Source: the human T2T-CHM13v2.0 reference genome, Homo sapiens | Assembly: GCF_009914755.1 (NCBI RefSeq) | Contig: NC_060947.1 | Strand: one strand, 5' to 3' | Length of the DNA stretch: 64,000 nucleotides | Part shown: positions 56,611 through 64,000 of the stretch, one piece after another | Layout of the letters: every line of letters starts with the position of its first letter | Position numbering within the stretch: position 1 is the first letter of the stretch | Program-made: the position numbers and the translations under genes | Notes under the pieces: model-generated | What the model saw: only the letters and a program-made list of their open reading frames with translations | Told to the model about the DNA's origin: nothing | Database searches by the model: none

Positions 56611-56909
56611 GAGAAGCTTAATTGCTGTTGGATGAAGCTGGACTCCCTAGCTGGAAAAGAAGGAGAATCCACTAGATGCATGGTGGGGAACACAGGCCAG
56701 CCTGCTGTTGGGCACCCTTGGGCCATGCATTCCAGCCCTGGCTGTGAAGGGAGTTGGGGGGCCACCATTCCCCACTCCATCCTGCACATGCCTGCAGCCA
56801 CTGGGATGTGCCATTTCCTCTACCCTCAGAAGAGATCCGAGGAGAAAAAAGGCTTAGAAGCAAAAGGAAAAAAGGTTTTTTGTTTTGCATGATACTCACC
56901 CTTCCTCAA

Positions 56910-56927
56910 GCCCCATGTTGGGTGCCA
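56910..56927 (-). promoter_or_regulatory. Primer-binding site complementary to tRNA-Lys(CUU), followed by a splice donor
   Basis: Minus strand reads TGGCACCCAACATGGGGC versus canonical PBS-Lys1,2 TGGCGCCCAACGTGGGGC (2 G>A changes); AAGG|GTGAGT follows at ~56894-56903. Confidence 0.85.
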
Positions 56928-56932
56928 AAAAA

Positions 56933-57296
56933 TGTAGGAAAATCCGGGTTCTTGTCACAACCAGGAAATATTGGGCTTGCAGACACTTTGAAGGCTGAGG
57001 GAAATGGAATTTATTGGGTGAAAAAGGAAAAAAAGAAAAACTTTCAGCAGAGTGAGAAGGAAGCTTGTTAACTGACTCCTGCCCCACCACACAGGAACTC
57101 AAGAGGCCAGGCTCCTCCCCTCTGCAAATGGTGTGAACTTCTGTGGCTCCACCCCATTCTCCCAGTTCACAGGCCAGTTGGAGATTCTTGGGGACTGGCA
57201 GTCTGGTTTTTCAGACTTCGGGCTGTTTTAGGTTTGAAGACAAGGTTTTGCCAAGGCTGGGCACGAGGATGCCTTGGCTGCCTCCTGTCTCTATCA
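56933..57296 (-). repeat. 5' LTR of the ERV
   Basis: tgtaggaaaatccgggttctt...ggctgcctcctgtctctatca, homologous to 51100-51451. Confidence 0.9.
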
Positions 57297-58133
57297 AAAC
57301 CAAGTCACAAGACCAGTATAAAATGGACAAATCAGGCAAAAAAAAAAAAAAAAAGATACTGACTTTGTTTATAGGTAGTTCCACGAAAAATCGTCATAAT
57401 GGATGGATTTGTCCCTTATGTGTTTTCATTTCCAGACACCCCTTATTTATTTGTAAGTAGAAAAATTATTTCCTTTCCAAATATGGATGTTTAATGTTAC
57501 TCGATATTTTCCTTCTACTCAATAATGATCAAGAGTCATAATGATAAACATGAATAATTTGTAGGTCCTGATTACATTGCAGGTCCTGATTACATTGCTG
57601 CTACAATAATTATTTTTGGTCCAATTTTATGGATGAAGAAAATATGATTTACTGAGTAATTGCCCCAAGGTTAAGAAATAGGTAAGCATAGATTTGAATC
57701 CATGTGTGTCTTTCCAGATCTTGTGTTCTTTCCATATTTCAAGTTAATATATTGAGAGTTCTAAGAAAACTATCACAGTTGCAGCCCATTTCAGGCAGTG
57801 GGTGGGCTAGAGGTAACATATAGAAATGAAAACTGTCATATTTTGGTTCCTGATACAGAGTTTTCATTTGCTGTTCATCACACACAGCCTTATCTGGGTG
57901 AAAAGCACAAGTAAAAGCTTGAAATTTCACTTGATGGTACTTGATGAAGGTTTATTATAACCAACTGGAATGGACTAAGGTCTAATTATGGTTCAAAGGT
58001 CAAAGTAAAGTCTGATAGCATGATTGATATATGCAGCCGAAAAGATTACAGATTAAGCTTTTTCTTTCTCAGTCTACCAGATTATTGGGTTGGAAAAGAT
58101 ATTTTTTCTTTGTTTGACTAATTTTCAGTGTTG

Positions 58134-58374
58134 CAGTCATCCCTTGGTATATGCAGGGGATTGGTTCCAGGACCACCACCCACCCCACTCCACACATACT
58201 CAAGTCCCCCAGTCAGCCTTATGGAACCTGCTTATATATTAACAGTTGGCCCTCCTTATATACAGGTTTCTTGCATCTCCCAGATGCTGTATTTTTTATC
58301 TGCTTTTGGTTGAAAGAAATATGCATATAAGTGAACCCATGCAGTTCAAGCCCATGTTGTTCAAGTCTCAACTG
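58134..58374 (+). mobile_element. MER2/MER2B DNA transposon relic
   Basis: cagtcatcccttggtat...ggattggttccaggacc...gcagttcaagcccatgttgttcaagtctcaactg|ta. Confidence 0.8.
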
Positions 58375-58595
58375 TATCTAGTAGTATTTTTTAGTTGTGA
58401 AACTGTAAAGCCATAAATGTATTAAGGAAATTACCCAAAGTCAAGCAACCACTCATAACATCTGTTCAGTCATTTTTCCATCTATAGTAGGTGAATGTTT
58501 GTATATTTTATATTAGCAAGTATACACTCTTTCATTTTCACCTTAGATATTTTAGTTCATTTTTCTGACTAAAAGCATAATAATTTTAAAAGTTA

Positions 58596-58980
<385 letters not shown>

Positions 58981-59479
58981 TCATGATACTGGTTAAACAA
59001 ATATTTATTATTTATAAGCAAGCCGATTGTATGTCTAGAAAAAGGAAGACAGTTGACAGTGAAAATAACTGTCTTAGAAAAAGTGCCTAATAAATTGTCT
59101 ATGTACACAACAAATATTCACAAATTGATATTTCTCAATATACCATAAATAATTAGCTGTTGACACTAGCCATAAAAACATAATGTTTAGAAATTATATG
59201 AAAGAAATGTGGGTCCTGTATGAAAAGAATTATTAAATGGAGTGAGACTAAGTGGTGATTTGAATAAATTGAAATATTTGCTTTAATTGGATTTGAAGAC
59301 TGAATTGTAAAGATATTAGTATTTGATACACTCAATAGATGTTCCAAAGGTATTCAGTAATAATTAAACACCTATTCTCATTTTTTAAAATATATATACT
59401 TAAAGTAAATTCTAGTAGGCTATATTGAGGTGATTTTTTTCCCTGTAAAAAAAGCACAGAATGGTTTTATACAACCAGA

Positions 59480-60390
59480 GGAAATTTCATTAAAATCAAG
59501 ACCAAGACAAATATGTTCATTATCCCTAGTATTATTTAATATTGCTTTAGAAATTATCTTTACTGTTAAGAGATGTTAAAAAGAAATAAGTTCTGTAACT
59601 TTTGAAAAGGAGAAGACAAAGTTATCATTGCTTGCAGAAGATAGGGATATAGTCCTGGAAAACATTAGAAACAACATAAAATGTCTTGGTATAAATGAAT
59701 TTTACAAAAGGATAGAATAAATGGTAACTATTTAAAATATCAATAGCTTTTATGCATATCAGAAAGCCTTACATATAAAACATAATGGGAGAAATGATGA
59801 CATTCACAATAGGATCTAGTTTTAAAAATGATAAAAATTGCGAATTCTGAAAGAAGATTTGAATAACAAATGGAGAGACAGTTTTGCAGAGCTAGGATGA
59901 TGGTAGTGGTGACTGGAATGATGAGGAAGTCATCACAAAGCCCCTGTTGAATTACAGTTTTCCTAGGTTCCAGCCATATCACAAGGATCCCTCACAATCA
60001 TCAGGAACAGTTATGTCTCATCTATGTGTCATTTTGTGGAATAATTCAATTCCACAACCGATTATGCCCCTCTAATTCAGTGTCTTTGCAAGTACCTGTA
60101 TCAGAGGGAAGGGGAAAGAGGAGAAAGACATGCTAAAATGGGAAAAAAGTTATGAGGTAAGCCAGCCTTTTAATGATAATAGCAGGCAAAACCTTATTTC
60201 TAGAACACGAGGGCCATAACTTACTGATTGAATAAAATCCCAATCAAAATGCCAATGGAATTTTATTTGTAGAGCTTTACATAACCATGTTAATATTCAC
60301 GTATTAGAATAACTAGGAAAGAATGCTTAATTTTTAAGGAAGAGTACAATCATTTTCAAGGGGATGGCATTCTGATGCCTGGATTTGCAA
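59480..60390 (+). mobile_element. Ancient L1ME ORF2 remnants with an intervening ~340-bp non-L1 segment
   Basis: aaaatcaagaccaagacaa...ttgcagaagata...aacaaatggagagaca then aaaatcccaatcaaaatgcca. Confidence 0.55.
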
Positions 60391-60806
60391 TAATTATTAA
60401 ATATTTCACTAATGTTGCATAAGTATTATTTGCTAACTGCTTTGAACTTTAACCCCCATCTTTTAGCTTCACCAAAAAGCAGAGAAACAAAAACAACCAC
60501 AAAACTTGGTTTTGTAATGGAAATTTAATCTATGGTCAAATGAGTTAATGCTTAACATTGCCTAGAGTCAAAAGGAAAGGGAAGGGCTGAAGTAATCCAG
60601 CATTGGTTGAGCATGATCTATTTGCCAGGCCCTGTGTTAAACACTTCATCTCCTTTAATTCTGATAACATATTGGTATTAATGTCAATTATATAAGAGTA
60701 AACCAAAGATTAGATAGTATTTGGGATTGGAATTCAAGTTTTTCTGGCTCCCGAGCCTATGCTCGCACACTACCACTGTGCCTTGTCTAACCAATTACTT
60801 CACTGA

Positions 60807-61218
<412 letters not shown>

Positions 61219-63309
61219 TGCTGTGTTTTTTATTCTTCTTCTGCATGATATAGTAATCTCGAGCTTTATCCTAATACATACCTGCATTCCAGTCACATTC
61301 CCACCAGTTAATAGCTGTGTAACCTTGGACAAGCTACTTAAACATTTGGAGCCTCAATTCCAGCAGCATACATACAATTTCATAAAGCAACCCAGAAAAG
61401 AGGATAGTCCATTTTGTCATTACTCCATGCAACTATTTTGATAAAATCTGCACCTTCACAATGAATTCAATGACGTTTATTTGGGGTAATGATATTGTTG
61501 CATTGCCTCTCTTGTGCATTAAATATTGGGTGTTTTTTATCACCCAGCCTAGGGTGAAAAGTAAAGAAACAAATGTGGCTCACACTTAGCCACTTTTAAA
61601 TCAAAAGTTCAAATAAATAACCAAGTCAAAAGTCTGAATACAGAAAATTTTTACTTTTCTATATAACAAGAGAGTCACGTATATAGAACTGTTGGATATA
61701 AGCTATCCTGCCAAATGGAATAGCATCATTTTTCAGAGGGAGAGATTGACAAAAATGTATTTGATATACTGACACCAAGTATATGTTAAGGGCAGTGCTA
61801 GTTGTGGAGGGCACATAGACAAATTATATAGAGTTTCTACCCTCAAGGTTTTTACAGTCTAGTTGCGGTTGGGGAAGAAAAACAGACAAATCATGATCTT
61901 TCTTGATGATCTCTTCTGTGCTATAAAGAATTTTTTTCTCTCAGTAAGGCTTCAGTTAGACATCAGTGATGCTGAGAGGTTAAATGACTAAGATTGTAAG
62001 TGGTGGAGCTGGGACTTAACGCTTAGGTATGTTTACATTAAAGCTGATCTGCTTCCATTCATTATGGCAACAGTTTACTTATGTTATATGTAGTGCCGTT
62101 TATAATTCCCAGTGAGAGAGTCATCCTGTTTCCCAAATGATTCACATCTGAAAAATCCAGGCACACAACATGCCCATAAAGGCCAGATCACCCAGTCAAA
62201 GCTCAAATAAAGTGTGTTGAAACCAACAGGCCAGTTGTCCTTATTCTTGACTATTTTTTGTGTTAGGAAGGAGCAGATAGGTTAGAAAGTGAGAGTCACA
62301 ATATTGAGCCCTTCTACGAAAAGCATATGTTTTTGGCTGTGAAGGTGGCAGTTACCTCTATGCTTTTGCTATCTTAGTGGGGACCAATCCTAAGAGAGCA
62401 GTTTCTCAAAAACAGCTGTTATCTGGGAAAGGGGAGGTGAAAGGCCTAACTCAGAAACTGAGCTACTCACAGCTAGGCAGAGCTTCTCACCTCAGTTTCT
62501 CTTGTTGGCAGGCCCCAGAAACAGTTTCTTTAAAGACTTCAGCAGATCTTTTCAAGTAGATTTATTGATAGAAGAGCCATGAGAAATATTTTGGTGGCTA
62601 TAAATAAAAACATATTTGCAGGTTCAAGTCAACAGACCCAGAATTGAAAACTGACTTGGCCACTAGTTAGTTGTTTTGTATTCATTCTAGAGCAATTCAA
62701 GCCACATTGTATTCACTCAATAAATATTCATTGATTGAATGAATGTGTTTATTCCCCCCATTAGGCTGTGAGACCCTTGAGGGTAAGAGCCATATTTCAT
62801 TGGTCTTTGTAAATCACATCCAGTTCACTGCCTAAATTCTGTTAAGTATCACTGAATTTTAAATTAATTATTCTTTGGTAAGAAACACTGATAGGGAAAG
62901 CATTCGCCCAATGTGAACATAATACAGAAGATACTATTGATGTAGGCACCATGTATTTTGTTGGTTGTATACCAAGCAAACTCTTCTAATCAGCTGAGAG
63001 TCTGTGAGGGCAAAGATGTCTGACTCATTATCTTTGGTAATGCACAGTAGCTGACATATTACAGTACATGTAATGATTTACTGCAGCATTTCCTAGAGCT
63101 TTTTCATTTGAGTGTCACTCAGGGTTTTTGCTTTATCTGTGCACAGTCTGTATGTTTATTTACTTAACATGTTTCTGTGGTATCTTTGAAATAAAAGGTA
63201 TCACTTGAAATGAAACGTAACTCTACGATTAAAAACTAAGAACAAAAAATAATGTTACTAAATATTTTTAAATGAAATTAAGATTCAGTACAAGTAGTAG
63301 TAAGCTACT

Positions 63310-63500
63310 AATGTGTGTTGCACTAACATTTTATATACCTTCTCTCTTTTAATCCTCATGATAGCTCTTCTAAAAAATATTTTCCCATTACCACAGATGA
63401 GATTAAGATCTAGGTAAGTTACGTAACAGCCCAGTGTCACACAGCTAGTGTAAGGGAGGGCCAGGACTCTAAAGGGAGCTTGTTTTTTAATGCTAAAGCC
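63310..63500. mobile_element. MIR SINE remnant
   Basis: ttttaatcctcat...cccattaccacagatgag...gtcacacagctagtgt. Confidence 0.65.
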
Positions 63501-64000
63501 AACGTGGGATGCAGTATAGGCAATCCTTAACTTTATTATTCCCAAGTGATTCCACCTGGCCCCTTCCCCTTTTTCTTATTGATCCAGCTCTCCTTGGTTC
63601 TCAGACCACCTCCTGGTTACACTTTAAGCAGCTCTTCATCCCACAGGTCATTCCCAGACCCTCTGGCCCACTGCCAATACACCCAACACCAAGTTCTGTT
63701 AGAGCAGAGGAAAGATGGATATCTTTTCATCTTTCTGAGAACAAAAAACAATTGCTATCTATACTTTATTGAGAACTATTAAGGAGTGAGCATCCTGAGG
63801 AAGGCTCTTTGAGATCTGGTTTCTGGGCATAAGAATGCAGATAGGGACTTCAGGGAGAGATTGAAATTGTCCTCCCTGCGCAAAAGTCTGGGGGAGGAGA
63901 TGGAGTTTGGAGCCTGCTGTGGGGTAAGGGAGGAAGGGAGGGAGGGAAAAAGCTAAGACTGAGTTTTGGTCTGCAGGAAATGTGGGAGACAAGGGAGAGC

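Noticed and set aside
62711-62741. L2-tail hairpin resembling L2-derived miRNA precursors
   Set aside because: The stem is only ~11 bp of low-complexity ATTC/GAAT sequence, too short for a pre-miRNA.
63780-64000. Purine-rich, GC-richer end of the window as a promoter or first exon
   Set aside because: No CpG island or core promoter element is visible and the window edge truncates it.

Overview
Primate (hominoid-like) genomic DNA made almost entirely of interspersed repeats. I found no host protein-coding exon I can support. Main content: three full-length LINE-1 elements on the minus strand (~5.5-11.6 kb, ~24.8-30.9 kb, ~43.6-49.8 kb), each with its own target-site duplication (TSD). The first has an uninterrupted 338-aa ORF1; ORF2 is broken in all three. 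Also present: a 5'-truncated plus-strand L1PA, an internal L1 fragment without poly(A), a complete two-LTR MER4-group (MER61-like) ERV1 provirus on the minus strand (~51.1-57.3 kb), about 18 Alu/FLAM copies, solo MaLR/ERVL LTRs (THE1, MST, MLT1, MLT2), MER2 DNA transposon relics, old L1M, L2 and MIR fragments, and microsatellites. The most notable observations are a decayed tRNA-Glu(CTC) gene inside the ERV leader (whose PBS is tRNA-Lys); nested duplications and extra sequence at both ends of L1 #1, the 5' extra supplying the stop codon of a 149-aa ORF0; L1 5'UTRs with and without the ~129-bp ZNF93-binding segment; many shared non-consensus substitutions in L1 #1 and #2, suggesting a lineage-specific subfamily; and reuse of one endonuclease site by an Alu and an L1. 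Subfamily names come from remembered consensus features and need RepeatMasker/Dfam confirmation. I found no clearly novel multi-gene system.
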